NCBI GenBank assembly: GCA_964577975.1
Contig: CAZOBB010000058.1
Span: 19,367 to 83,366 of the forward strand
Length of the DNA: 64,000 nucleotides
DNA from: an uncultured Thermodesulfobacteriota bacterium
Lineage (GTDB): Bacteria; Desulfobacterota; S145-22
Direction of reading: 5' to 3'
The notes under the pieces are model-generated. The model did no database searches, was not told the DNA's origin, and was given only the letters and a program-made list of their open reading frames with translations. The translations under genes and the position numbers were made by a program. Shown in pieces: positions 9,489 through 19,808 of the stretch; within the stretch, counting starts at the first letter, position 1, and each line of letters opens with the position of its first letter.

Positions 9489-9932
9489 ATGTTCAGGGGG
9501 AGATACGAAAACAACATAGATCCGAAGGGTCGTATTAGCATCCCCGTTCGTTTTCGCGAAATATTGCTACAAAAATACGACGACTCTCGCGTTTTTGTAA
9601 CCAACTTCGACAACTGTCTCTTGCTTTTTCCCTATTCGGAGTGGATTAAATTAGAGGAGAAGGCAAGCAAATTACCCACGTTCCACAAGGAAGGGCGCGC
9701 CCTCATTCGGTTCTTTTTCTCCGGTGCCGCTGAATGCTCCCTAGATAATCAGGGACGAATTCTGATTCCCCAATCCCTCCGAAAATACGCGGGATTAGAA
9801 AAAGAAGTCGTACTTCTAGGAGCCCTTAAAAAAATAGAGATATGGGACAAAAAACGATGGGATGAAGAGATGAAAAATCTCTCTAACAACATCGATGTCA
9901 TCAGCGAAACCATATCTCAGCTAGGATTGTAA
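9489..9932 (+). CDS. mraZ: Division/cell wall cluster transcriptional repressor MraZ
   Basis: MFRG.YE..IDPKGRISIP and LDNQGRILIP duplicated motifs; first gene of the dcw cluster. Confidence 0.97.
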   Translation: MFRGRYENNIDPKGRISIPVRFREILLQKYDDSRVFVTNFDNCLLLFPYSEWIKLEEKASKLPTFHKEGRALIRFFFSGAAECSLDNQGRILIPQSLRKYAGLEKEVVLLGALKKIEIWDKKRWDEEMKNLSNNIDVISETISQLGL

Positions 9933-9991
9933 CAGGCACAACGTTTCGGTCCTAGTCATACTACCAAATGCGGGAGGTGGAACTAATTTGA

Positions 9992-10921
9992 ATGACGGAA
10001 AAACCTTCTATCCACATACCTGTGATGGCAAAAATCGTGATAAGCGCTCTAGGCTGCAAACCGAATGGAATCTATATCGACGCCACACTTGGGGGAGGAG
10101 GTCACGCACAAATGATTTTGGAAGCCTCTTCGCCAAACGGTTTCTTGCTTGGCATTGATCGAGACAATGATACCCTAACGCTCGCTTCCGAAGCCCTGAA
10201 GGAATTCGGCAGTCGCGTAAAGATAGTCCAAGGAGATTTCAAAGATTTGAACGAAATCTGCGAAAAGGAAAATATTAGCAAGGCGGATGGAATCCTTATG
10301 GATCTAGGCATCTCTTCAATCCAACTGGAAAAGGGTTCGCGAGGTTTCAGTTTCCGGCGTCCGGAAGAACCTTTGGACATGAGAATGGACAAAAATAATG
10401 GAATCACCGCTGCAGAGGTACTCAATCACTTTCCAGAAAGAAAAATTCAGGCCATTCTCCGCCAATTCGGGGAAGAACGCTGGGCTTCAAGAATCGCCAA
10501 AGAGATCGTCATAACGAGAAAACATACACCTTTCAGAAAGGTAGAAGATCTAATCCAAGCCGTCAAACGAGCCATCCCAGCCAAGGCTCGCCACGGGAAG
10601 AGGCACATGGCCACGAAGACCTTTCAAGCATTACGCATCTATGTCAACAATGAACTGGAAGCCCTGGAAAAAGGGTTGCGTGCTGGCCTCCACCTTCTAG
10701 CCCCCGCCGGTAGAATGGCCGTCATCTCTTTCCATTCCCTTGAAGATAGAATCGTCAAACAAACCTTTCGCGAAGCTGCCAAATCACCCAAGACCTTCGG
10801 GGCCGCCTCTTTTCGTATCATCACGCGCCGTCCCGCCACGCCCGCAAAAAGGGAAACCGACCAAAACCCACGGGCAAGGAGCGCAAAACTTCGAGTTATC
10901 GAAAAAGAGGAAAGCGCATGA
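9992..10921 (+). CDS. rsmH: 16S rRNA (cytosine1402-N4) methyltransferase RsmH
   Basis: HIPV, DATLGGGGHA, DLGISS.QL, PLDMRMD, FQALRIYVNNEL, ISFHSLEDRIVK, NPRARSAKLR. Confidence 0.97.
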   Translation: MTEKPSIHIPVMAKIVISALGCKPNGIYIDATLGGGGHAQMILEASSPNGFLLGIDRDNDTLTLASEALKEFGSRVKIVQGDFKDLNEICEKENISKADGILMDLGISSIQLEKGSRGFSFRRPEEPLDMRMDKNNGITAAEVLNHFPERKIQAILRQFGEERWASRIAKEIVITRKHTPFRKVEDLIQAVKRAIPAKARHGKRHMATKTFQALRIYVNNELEALEKGLRAGLHLLAPAGRMAVISFHSLEDRIVKQTFREAAKSPKTFGAASFRIITRRPATPAKRETDQNPRARSAKLRVIEKEESA

Positions 10922-11286
10922 AAACATCCAGCTCTGTCTATACAGGCCGTTCTCTTTCCTGGACAAGGGTAAGCGGGATTGCCTCCCAGACGATGCGTAT
11001 CCCGAAGACCAATCCCCTGAAAGTCGTGTGCGTGTCATTGCTCGTTCTCCTGCTCTTCCTCACCCTTCTCATCAATGTATGGATTCACATCAACATCATT
11101 CACGTAGGGTACCAAATAGCCCAACTCAAACACCAAGTTAAGATGCTGAAAATCGACAACAGAAACCTCACCATCCAAAAGGCCACACTCCTAACTGGCA
11201 AAAAACTTCTGCCTATCGCTAGGAAAAAGTTTCACCTTGTTCCTTTAACACCAGAGCAAGTCATTACGATCGATGAAAAAGATTAA
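10918..11286 (+). CDS. ftsL: Cell division protein FtsL
   Basis: Single TM followed by a leucine-zipper-like coiled coil, between rsmH and ftsI with overlapping stop/start codons. Confidence 0.8.
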   Translation: MKTSSSVYTGRSLSWTRVSGIASQTMRIPKTNPLKVVCVSLLVLLLFLTLLINVWIHINIIHVGYQIAQLKHQVKMLKIDNRNLTIQKATLLTGKKLLPIARKKFHLVPLTPEQVITIDEKD

Positions 11287-13291
11287 CTCAAACAAAGCAT
11301 TTCAACTTAGACTCCTCACTGTTTTCCTCTTTATAGAGGCCTTGTTCGCCATTTGCATCGCCCGCGCGTTCCAGCTCCAGATCCTTTCTGGCCCTTATCT
11401 CAAACACATGGCATACCGCCAACATTACGGCACCATCCGAGTATCCCCCGACAGGGGCACCATCTTCGACAGAAAAGGGCATCAGCTGGCCGTAAGCACC
11501 ATGATGCTTTCTCTCTACGCCCACCCTTCAAAGGTCTCGTCCAAAAAGAAGACGGCACGGGTCATTGCGAAGATCCTCAAGTCTCCTCAACAATCCTACT
11601 ATCGATGGAGGAAAAAACTCTATAACCGGTTAAGAAAAAAGGCCTCCTTCGTCTGGCTAGCAAGACAGCAAAACCCGAAAAAGATCAAAAAGATAACCGC
11701 CCTAAAGATGAAAGGGATTGGATCCGTTCCAGAGCCCAAACGATTCTATCCGTGTCTCTCGCTCGCGGCGCAATGTATCGGTTTTTGTAACATCGATGGT
11801 GTAGGGCTCGATGGTATCGAACTAAAATACGACAAATACCTCAGAGGAAAACCCGTACGGCTCTTGGTCGCAAGAGACGCAAAGGGAAATCCCATCATCA
11901 CACGAAAACAAGAGGCCTTCGCATCTTCCCGAATCCACAACATCTACCTCACCCTCGACGAGACGATTCAACATATCGTGGAAGAAGAGCTTGCCCTCGC
12001 CGTGCGTTCTCACCGGGCAAAGAACGGTATGGCAATCGTGATGAATCCAATCACCGGAGAAATCCTAGCTATGGCGAACTATCCCTTTTTTAATCCCAAC
12101 CGACACCCGGACCGAGACACGAACCTAAACAGGAGACGGAACCGAACAGTTACCGATCTTTTCGAACCGGGTTCCATGATTAAGCCTTTTCTCATTGCCG
12201 CCGCAATCGAAAGCGGTAAATTCAAAGGTACCGAGAGAATCTTTTGTGAAAACGGTCATTATAAGATCGGCAGATACACCATTCACGATGTCCATCCGCA
12301 CAAGTACCTCAAGCTAGCAGAAATCGTGAAATATTCCAGCAACATCGGAGCGGCTAAGATTGGAACGAAGCTAGGAAAGGAAACCGTCTATGCCATGTTC
12401 AAAAAATTTGGCTTTGGCAAAAAGACGGGAATCGGATTGCCAGGAGAGGCGCAAGGGGTCATGCAACCAATGAAAAACCTTCCTCCTATCGCGCTCGCCA
12501 ACATTTCATTCGGACAAGGAATCGCCGTGAGTGCCCTCCAGCTTATCACCGCCGTATCGGCAATCGCAAATGGGGGCGTTCTCATGCGCCCCTTCATCAT
12601 AAGGAAGATCGTTGATTCAAACGGCATACCCATTCTTACCCGGCACCCCGAAGCGGTTCGGCGTGTACTCTCGCCTCGAACCGCCCATCTCATCACTACC
12701 TTCATGAAAGAGGTCACCAAAGAAGGGGGGACAGGAACCCGCGCCGCCATCGAGGGATTCGAGGTGGCCGGAAAGACGGGGACCTCCCAAAAACCGAGAA
12801 CGGACGGAAAAAAGGGATACGATCCGACAAAATTCATCGGATCGTTCGTGGGGTTTGTACCGGCCGATGACCCAAAAATCGCTATCCTCGTCGTCATTAA
12901 CGAGCCAAAAGGGATTCCTTACGGAGGGGTGGTCGCCGCCCCCGCTTTCAAGGCAATGGGAGAAAGGATCCTCCGGTATCTAAACATCGCTCCCAAGACT
13001 CAAACGCTTCCCCTGGTTGCCATTTCTCATCCTTTCTCCAGCCAATCCCCCGCAGAAGGGATAAAAAAAACGTCCGTTTCAGCGGCGAAAAAGTCTTCCT
13101 CAAAACCTGAAAAAATCATTCTTCCCGATTTTCATGGGATGAGTCTAAGACGCGTCATTCGATGGGGTGCCTACCATGGCATCAATCTAACCCTGAAAGG
13201 AAGCGGGCTGGCTATACGCCAATTCCCGAAACCGGGAACTCCCGTTTCGCCCGGAGGGAGGTGTTCTGTATGGTTCACCTTACCCTCATGA
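11273..13291 (+). CDS. ftsI: Penicillin-binding protein 3 / FtsI with C-terminal PASTA domain
   Basis: RGTIFDR, SxxK (FEPGSMIK), SxN (YSSNIG), KTG (GKTGTSQK); PASTA-like tail ILPDFHGMSLRRV. Confidence 0.95.
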   Translation: MKKINSNKAFQLRLLTVFLFIEALFAICIARAFQLQILSGPYLKHMAYRQHYGTIRVSPDRGTIFDRKGHQLAVSTMMLSLYAHPSKVSSKKKTARVIAKILKSPQQSYYRWRKKLYNRLRKKASFVWLARQQNPKKIKKITALKMKGIGSVPEPKRFYPCLSLAAQCIGFCNIDGVGLDGIELKYDKYLRGKPVRLLVARDAKGNPIITRKQEAFASSRIHNIYLTLDETIQHIVEEELALAVRSHRAKNGMAIVMNPITGEILAMANYPFFNPNRHPDRDTNLNRRRNRTVTDLFEPGSMIKPFLIAAAIESGKFKGTERIFCENGHYKIGRYTIHDVHPHKYLKLAEIVKYSSNIGAAKIGTKLGKETVYAMFKKFGFGKKTGIGLPGEAQGVMQPMKNLPPIALANISFGQGIAVSALQLITAVSAIANGGVLMRPFIIRKIVDSNGIPILTRHPEAVRRVLSPRTAHLITTFMKEVTKEGGTGTRAAIEGFEVAGKTGTSQKPRTDGKKGYDPTKFIGSFVGFVPADDPKIAILVVINEPKGIPYGGVVAAPAFKAMGERILRYLNIAPKTQTLPLVAISHPFSSQSPAEGIKKTSVSAAKKSSSKPEKIILPDFHGMSLRRVIRWGAYHGINLTLKGSGLAIRQFPKPGTPVSPGGRCSVWFTLPS

Positions 13292-13302
13292 AAGAGGTCC
13301 CC

Positions 13303-14844
13303 ATGTTTTACTCCCCTTCTATATCCATACAGACCCTTCTTCCGGGACTCCCCCTCATCCTGTCACAAAAGGGGCCAAAAGATATAGAGATAACCGGGAT
13401 TACCCACAACTCCCAGGAAGTAAAGCCCCACTCTCTTTTCGTTGCCATTCGAGGATTTACGGTGGATGGACATCGTTACATTCCCGATGCCCTTCGAAGG
13501 GGGGCAACGTGCATTGTGTTGGAAGATCCAGCGTGGATAACCTCCGACACAGACGTCCTTTTCATCCAAGTTCCAGATTCCCGTGAAGCCCTGGCTCGAC
13601 TTGCAGCAACCTTTTATGGAAACCCTTCAGAAAAGTTGACGCTCATCGGGATCACGGGAACCAACGGTAAAACGACGTTAACCTACCTTCTCGAATCCAT
13701 CCTCGAAAAAGAGGGACGCGCCACGGGCGTCATGGGAACCATCAATTACCGTTTCCGGAAAAACATCATTCCGGCGGAGACAACAACCCCCGACGCCCTT
13801 TCTCTCCAGCGCATCCTGGGAGAGATGCTCGACGAAAAAATAGAAACGGTGGTCATGGAAGTTTCCTCCCATGCCTTAGCCCTCCACCGAATCGACGGAT
13901 GTCACTTCGATGTGGCCGTGTGGACAAACCTTTCCCAAGATCATCTCGATTTCCACTCCACCATGGAAGAGTACTTCGATACCAAAAAAACCCTTTTTAC
14001 ACGCCATCTCGCATCCAGTAAAAAAGAGGGCAAACACGCCATCATCAACATCGACGACCCCTATGGAAGACGGCTTGCCAAAGAACAGACTCTTTCCCTC
14101 ACCACCTATGGGACCACCCCCAGGGCGGACGTCCATCCCACCAAAGCAGAAATGAGCGCGTCTGGAATCTCCATGGAGGTTCACACTCCAAAAGGGTCTG
14201 TCTCCATCACTTCCTCGCTGGTGGGACGGCACAATCAGTCAAACCTTCTGGCGGCCACCGCCACCGCCCTCGCCTTGGGCATCCCTCTTGAAACGATACG
14301 CGATGGGCTTCAAACCGTGACCGTCCCCGGGCGTCTCGAAACCGTTGAAAATCGCTTAGGCATCACGGTTCTGGTCGATTATGCCCACACTCCGGACGCC
14401 TTGAAGAACGTTCTCACAAGCCTGCGTCCCCTCACAAAAGGAAGACTCATCACCCTTTTCGGATGCGGAGGAGACCGCGACAAAAAGAAACGGCCTAAAA
14501 TGGGTAAGATAGCGGAGGAGCTTTCGGACAGCCTCATCCTCACAAACGACAACCCACGATCGGAACCTCCCCAACAGATCATTCAAGAAATCGAATCGGG
14601 GATCAAAACCCTTCCGCTTCTCCCCGAGGATGCCTTCCGATCTGGTCAAAGAGGCTATGCCGTCGTCCCGGACAGAAAGGAAGCCATCCGTTTGGCCATC
14701 GATTCGGCCAATCCTGGGGATATCGTCCTCATCGCTGGCAAGGGACACGAATCGTATCAAGTCATCGGATCGAAAAGGATCTCCTTCTCGGACGTGCTGG
14801 CAGCTCGGGAGGTGCTAGCCGAAAAACAGGGACAAGAGGGATGA
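13303..14844 (+). CDS. murE: UDP-N-acetylmuramoyl-L-alanyl-D-glutamate--2,6-diaminopimelate ligase
   Basis: GITGTNGKTT, MEVSSHAL, VDYAHTPD, FGCGGDRD, DNPRSE, AGKGHE; start moved to the ATG at 13303 behind a GAGG SD. Confidence 0.95.
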   Translation: MFYSPSISIQTLLPGLPLILSQKGPKDIEITGITHNSQEVKPHSLFVAIRGFTVDGHRYIPDALRRGATCIVLEDPAWITSDTDVLFIQVPDSREALARLAATFYGNPSEKLTLIGITGTNGKTTLTYLLESILEKEGRATGVMGTINYRFRKNIIPAETTTPDALSLQRILGEMLDEKIETVVMEVSSHALALHRIDGCHFDVAVWTNLSQDHLDFHSTMEEYFDTKKTLFTRHLASSKKEGKHAIINIDDPYGRRLAKEQTLSLTTYGTTPRADVHPTKAEMSASGISMEVHTPKGSVSITSSLVGRHNQSNLLAATATALALGIPLETIRDGLQTVTVPGRLETVENRLGITVLVDYAHTPDALKNVLTSLRPLTKGRLITLFGCGGDRDKKKRPKMGKIAEELSDSLILTNDNPRSEPPQQIIQEIESGIKTLPLLPEDAFRSGQRGYAVVPDRKEAIRLAIDSANPGDIVLIAGKGHESYQVIGSKRISFSDVLAAREVLAEKQGQEG

Positions 14845-16244
14845 ACTGGAAACTGATGGAAGTCATCCAAACAACAGGGGCGACACCGTACCGCCTCCCT
14901 CAAACCCTTCCGGTGCTAACGGGGATCAGTACCGATACCCGAACACTGAAACGTGGGGAGCTCTTTGTCGCCCTGAAAGGGGCAAACTTCGACGGTCACC
15001 ACTTCATCCCCGCCGCAATGGAGAAGGGGGCAGGTGCCATCCTCGCCCAGGAACCCGTCCCGTGCGATACCGATACCCCTTGTCTTTTCGTTCCGGACAC
15101 CCTCTCGGCCTATGGAAAGCTCGCCCACGCCTATAGGGAGAAATTGAAAACGAGATTCTTGGCCATCACGGGGTCCATGGGAAAGACATCCACGAAAGAG
15201 ATGGCGGCGGCTGTCCTCTCAAAAAGGTTCCGCGTGACCAAAACGGACAAAAACGAAAACAACCGGGTGGGCGTTCCCAAAACCCTCTTGCGCGTGAAAG
15301 AGGGAACGGAAATTGCCGTTATCGAGTTGGGCTCCAACATTCCTGGGGAGATTGCCCTCCTTACCGAAATCGTTCAGCCTCACAGCGCCCTGATCACCAA
15401 TATTGCCCCCGTTCACCTCGAACGCTTCAAGACCATCGAAGGCGTGCGCATTGAAAAAGGGGCCCTTTTTTGGGGGGCTCCCTTCGAAGCCCTTCGTTGC
15501 GTGAACAAGGATGACGATAACATCGGCAAGATCCCTATGATGAAGGAATGGCGTCTTCTTACTTATGGGACGGGAGACGATGCCCAGATCCGTTTGAAGC
15601 ATCTCACCCCGCAAGGGCTTAAAGGAATACGTTTCACCCTTTCGGCCAAAAACGAGAAGGTGGAGATATCGCTCCCTCTCCTTGGCGTCCATCAGGCCAA
15701 AAACGCCCTCGCGGCGGCGACCCTTGGAATCTCAGAAGGTGTTCCGCTCCATGAGATCAAAGAGGCCTTGGAAGCCCTTCCCGCCTCCAAAGGGCGGCTG
15801 GAACCCATTCAAACCATCTCCGGTTCCGTTATCCTCAATGATACCTATAACGCCAATCCGGAGGCAACCAAGCTGGCGTTACAGACCCTCGCCATGTTCC
15901 ATCCCGACTACGTGACTATTGCCATTTTAGGGGACATGCTGGAGCTTGGAGAAAAGGCCGCCGTCCTTCATGAAGACGTGGGAAAAGAATGCGCAAGACT
16001 AGGCATCGGAGTGCTTGGAGTCACGGGAGATTTTAGGGACGCGATCCAAAAAGGTGCCCTCGAAAACGGTTTTCCGGCAGAAAATGTCTTTTCTTTCGAC
16101 GACGAAGCAACGCTTCTCGCCTCTCTTTCTCCTTATCTCAGAGCGCGAGCAATGATCCTCGTCAAGGGATCACACGGCCTTCACATGGACCGGTGGGTGG
16201 AAACACTCTTTTCACACATGAACGAGAAGGGGGGGAAATCCTAA
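14841..16244 (+). CDS. murF: UDP-N-acetylmuramoyl-tripeptide--D-alanyl-D-alanine ligase
   Basis: [38 protein letters not shown] motifs. Confidence 0.95.
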   Translation: MNWKLMEVIQTTGATPYRLPQTLPVLTGISTDTRTLKRGELFVALKGANFDGHHFIPAAMEKGAGAILAQEPVPCDTDTPCLFVPDTLSAYGKLAHAYREKLKTRFLAITGSMGKTSTKEMAAAVLSKRFRVTKTDKNENNRVGVPKTLLRVKEGTEIAVIELGSNIPGEIALLTEIVQPHSALITNIAPVHLERFKTIEGVRIEKGALFWGAPFEALRCVNKDDDNIGKIPMMKEWRLLTYGTGDDAQIRLKHLTPQGLKGIRFTLSAKNEKVEISLPLLGVHQAKNALAAATLGISEGVPLHEIKEALEALPASKGRLEPIQTISGSVILNDTYNANPEATKLALQTLAMFHPDYVTIAILGDMLELGEKAAVLHEDVGKECARLGIGVLGVTGDFRDAIQKGALENGFPAENVFSFDDEATLLASLSPYLRARAMILVKGSHGLHMDRWVETLFSHMNEKGGKS

Positions 16245-17320
16245 TGCTGTACCATTTGCTTTACCCCCTCCACACCCATTTCGGCTTTTTCAATGTCTTT
16301 CGCTACATCACGTTCCGGTGCATCTACGCCACCATTACCGCCCTCCTCCTAAGCTTTCTCTTGGGCCCCTATCTGATCAAACGTCTCAAGGTCCATCAGA
16401 TCGGTCAAGCCATCCGTAAAGATGGGCCCGCCTCTCATTTGAAGAAGGAAGGGACACCCACGATGGGAGGACTCTTGATTCTCATCTCCATCATCGTTCC
16501 CACCCTTCTCTGGGCCAATCTCATGAATCGTTATATTTGGCTGACCCTCCTTGTAACCGTCTGTTTTGGCGTCTTGGGTTTCATTGATGACTATTTGAAG
16601 GTCAGCAGGAAAAACTCGCGGGGTGTGCCGGGAAAGACGAAACTCCTCGTTCAAATCCTTGTTGCCGCCATCTGCACCGTTGTCCTCATGCGCGCCCCCG
16701 GTTTTCCCACCACCGTCGTTTTCCCGTTTTTCAAAAACTTCTCTCCGGACATCGGGAACCTCTACCTCATTCTCGGCATATTCGTGATTGTCGGCACTTC
16801 CAACGCCGTCAACCTTACCGATGGATTAGACGGCCTGGCAATCGGTCCCACCATGATCTCCGCTGCCACCTACACACTTTTTGCCTACCTGGCGGGTCAC
16901 GCCATTATCTCCCGATACCTCAACATCCCTTACGTCAAAGGCGTGGGAGAACTCTCCATCTTCTGCGGTTCCATGGTGGGCGCCAGTATGGGTTTTCTCT
17001 GGTTCAACACCTATCCCGCTCAGGTTTTCATGGGAGACACCGGTTCTCTCTCCCTGGGAGGAGCCCTTGGAACAATCGCCCTCATGACGAAACAGGAACT
17101 CCTTCTCATCATCGTGGGCGGAATCTTCGTGATCGAAACCCTTTCCGTGATCATCCAGGTTGTTTCGTTCAAAACAACGGGGAAAAGGATCTTTCGGATG
17201 GCCCCTATTCATCACCATTATGAATTGAAAGGATGGGCGGAACCCAAGATTATCGTGCGCTTCTGGATCATCAGTATCTTTCTTGGGCTCCTTGCCATCA
17301 GTACGTTGAAGATAAGGTAA
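16244..17320 (+). CDS. mraY: Phospho-N-acetylmuramoyl-pentapeptide transferase
   Basis: [43 protein letters not shown]; TAATG coupling to murF. Confidence 0.97.
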   Translation: MLYHLLYPLHTHFGFFNVFRYITFRCIYATITALLLSFLLGPYLIKRLKVHQIGQAIRKDGPASHLKKEGTPTMGGLLILISIIVPTLLWANLMNRYIWLTLLVTVCFGVLGFIDDYLKVSRKNSRGVPGKTKLLVQILVAAICTVVLMRAPGFPTTVVFPFFKNFSPDIGNLYLILGIFVIVGTSNAVNLTDGLDGLAIGPTMISAATYTLFAYLAGHAIISRYLNIPYVKGVGELSIFCGSMVGASMGFLWFNTYPAQVFMGDTGSLSLGGALGTIALMTKQELLLIIVGGIFVIETLSVIIQVVSFKTTGKRIFRMAPIHHHYELKGWAEPKIIVRFWIISIFLGLLAISTLKIR

Positions 17321-17329
17321 CCGGCACAG

Positions 17330-18691
17330 ATGGAACTAAAGGGGAAAAATGTCTTGGTCGTGGGAGCAGGAAAAACAGGGTTCGCCCTCGCCGAATTCCT
17401 TTCGGAAAAGGGGGCTCATGTGATCCTGAATGACAAAAGGACCCTCCCTGAGGATACTCCCATGCCCCATCCCTCAATCCAGACGGTCTGGGGAAACCAC
17501 CCGGAGGAACTTTTCCTTGCCTCCGATGCCATCTTTCCTTCCCCCGGTGTCCCCTTAACCCTTCCCGCCATCAAAAGGGCTCAAGCCGCCGGCATCCCCG
17601 TCGTCGGGGAGCTGGAATTGGCTTTCCGCTTCCTCGACATCCCACTTATCGCCATTACGGGAACCAATGGCAAAACCACAACCACGACGCTGGTGGGCAA
17701 GGTCTTGGAAGCGGCCGGCATTCCTGCCTTCGTGGGAGGCAATATTGGCCGTCCTCTTCTCGAGGCTTGTCGGTCGAAAGGCAGATACCAATGGGGCGTG
17801 GTGGAAGCCAGTAGTTTTCAGCTCGCATCCATCTCAAGTTTCCGTCCGCGCATCGCGGCCATCCTTAATATGGAACCGGATCATCTCGACTGGCATCCCA
17901 CCGTTGAGGACTACTACCAAGCGAAATGGAACATCACCAAAAACATGGAACGAGAAGATTCTCTTATCCTCTACGCCCCTCTCCTGGGGCACCAACCCCA
18001 GGGGATGAAGGCAAAAATCCTTACCTTCACGCACGCACACGACGCCTCTCACGCGGCGTGGATAGGAGACACGGCTCTTTGCTGGTCTTGGGAAGACAAG
18101 ACTTACACCCTTCCCCAGAATCAATTGGTCATTCATCATACGCATATTCACCTCGACATGCTGGCCGCTGGTCTCATCTCCCTTTCCGTTGGTATCCCCT
18201 TTGAGGTGATAAAAGACACATTCCAACGTTTCCACGGCCTTCCCCACCGAACGGAATTCGTGGGAGAAATTGACGGGGTGCGATTCATCAACGATTCGAA
18301 AGCCACCAACGTGGATGCGGTAGTGTGGGCGCTGAAAAGCCTTTCTCCTTCCATCATCTGGCTGGCGGGAGGTCTCTGGAAGGGGGGAGATCTGTCATGC
18401 CTTTATCAACCCGTCAAAGAAAAAGTAACGACTCTCATCGCCTTCGGAGAGAGTGCCGAAAGGTTTTCCAAGGCATTCGGCTCCGTCGTGGCCACCCACA
18501 CCGTTAAGACACTAGAGGAAGCCGTTCGTCTGGCCTGTCGTATCGCCCGTCGGGGCGATACGGTTCTCCTCTCACCCGGCTGCGCCAGCTTTGATCAATT
18601 CAAAAGCTACAAAGAGCGGGGGACGCGGTTTTCCTCCCTTGTTTCCTCGCTACGCAACCAAAAGGATGGAATGCTCCATGTTTCGCTATAA
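17330..18691 (+). CDS. murD: UDP-N-acetylmuramoyl-L-alanine--D-glutamate ligase
   Basis: GAGKTG, AITGTNGKTTTT, EASSFQL, HLDWH, NDSKATN, LLSPGCASFDQF. Confidence 0.96.
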   Translation: MELKGKNVLVVGAGKTGFALAEFLSEKGAHVILNDKRTLPEDTPMPHPSIQTVWGNHPEELFLASDAIFPSPGVPLTLPAIKRAQAAGIPVVGELELAFRFLDIPLIAITGTNGKTTTTTLVGKVLEAAGIPAFVGGNIGRPLLEACRSKGRYQWGVVEASSFQLASISSFRPRIAAILNMEPDHLDWHPTVEDYYQAKWNITKNMEREDSLILYAPLLGHQPQGMKAKILTFTHAHDASHAAWIGDTALCWSWEDKTYTLPQNQLVIHHTHIHLDMLAAGLISLSVGIPFEVIKDTFQRFHGLPHRTEFVGEIDGVRFINDSKATNVDAVVWALKSLSPSIIWLAGGLWKGGDLSCLYQPVKEKVTTLIAFGESAERFSKAFGSVVATHTVKTLEEAVRLACRIARRGDTVLLSPGCASFDQFKSYKERGTRFSSLVSSLRNQKDGMLHVSL

Positions 18692-19808
18692 CAAAGGGTA
18701 TCAACATATCGACTTCATTCTCCTGGGCACCGTTCTCCTCCTTACGACGGTAGGGTTTATCATGGTCTTCAGCGCCAGTGCGGTCCTCGCGCAACAGAAG
18801 TTCGGAGACAACCTATACTTTCTCAAACGTCAACTTATCTATGGATTGATCGGGCTTTTCCTCATGTTTCTACTCAGCAAATTCGATTACCGGAAACTCA
18901 GGCCTATGGCTTATCCCCTCTTGTTCGTCTCCATCTTTCTCCTCATCCTGGTTTACACTCCCGGCATAGGTCTGAAAGTGGGAGGAGCCCGTCGGTGGAT
19001 TCACGTAGGCCCTGCCACCTTCCAGCCGAGCGAATTCGCGAAAATCAGCCTCATCATTTACCTGGCCTATTATTTCAGTAAAAAGAAAGACACCATCATC
19101 CAATTCAAAAAGGGTATCCTACCCGTCCTTATCATCACAGGTCTCCTTATTGCCCTCATCTATCCCCAACCCGATTTCGGAAACGCCATGTTTCTCAGCA
19201 TCCTTCTCGTTATTTTCCTCTTTATCGCGGGCGCGAGGCTCCTTCACCTGGCTTTTTTAGGCGCCTCCATCCTCCCTTTTGCCATCTATGCCGTTTTTCA
19301 CGCGGGTTATCGCTACCGGCGGCTCATCGCCTTCCTGAACCCCTGGAAAGACCCTCGAAACACGGGATTTCAAATCATCCAATCCTTTCTTTCTTTCGGA
19401 TCCGGCCAATACTTCGGCCTCGGCCTGGGAAACGGGCAACAAAAACTCTTCTTTCTCCCCGCTCCTCACACCGACTTTATCTTTTCGGTTATTGGGGAAG
19501 AACTGGGATTCGTGGGAGTCACCATCATCATCCTGCTGTATATGATCCTCCTCGTTCGAGGGTTCCGGATTGCCTATCTCGCACAATCCCACTTCGCGTC
19601 CTACTTAGCTTTGGGAATCACCCTCATGATCGGCCTTCAGGCCGCCATCAACTTTGGCGTTGTCATGGGACTTCTACCTACCAAAGGAATCCCGCTCCCG
19701 CTGATCAGCTATGGAGGTTCCTGCCTGCTTATCATGCTCATTGGAGTAGGAATTTTGCTCAATATTTCAAAACGACTTCAAGCCAAGGAGGAACCAAAAC
19801 GATGGTAG
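18678..19808 (+). CDS. ftsW: SEDS family peptidoglycan polymerase FtsW
   Basis: GARRWI, QPSEFAK, QPDFG, LPAPHTDFIF..IGEELG, PTKGIPLPLISYGGS; start uncertain by a few codons. Confidence 0.95.
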   Translation: MFRYNKGYQHIDFILLGTVLLLTTVGFIMVFSASAVLAQQKFGDNLYFLKRQLIYGLIGLFLMFLLSKFDYRKLRPMAYPLLFVSIFLLILVYTPGIGLKVGGARRWIHVGPATFQPSEFAKISLIIYLAYYFSKKKDTIIQFKKGILPVLIITGLLIALIYPQPDFGNAMFLSILLVIFLFIAGARLLHLAFLGASILPFAIYAVFHAGYRYRRLIAFLNPWKDPRNTGFQIIQSFLSFGSGQYFGLGLGNGQQKLFFLPAPHTDFIFSVIGEELGFVGVTIIILLYMILLVRGFRIAYLAQSHFASYLALGITLMIGLQAAINFGVVMGLLPTKGIPLPLISYGGSCLLIMLIGVGILLNISKRLQAKEEPKRW

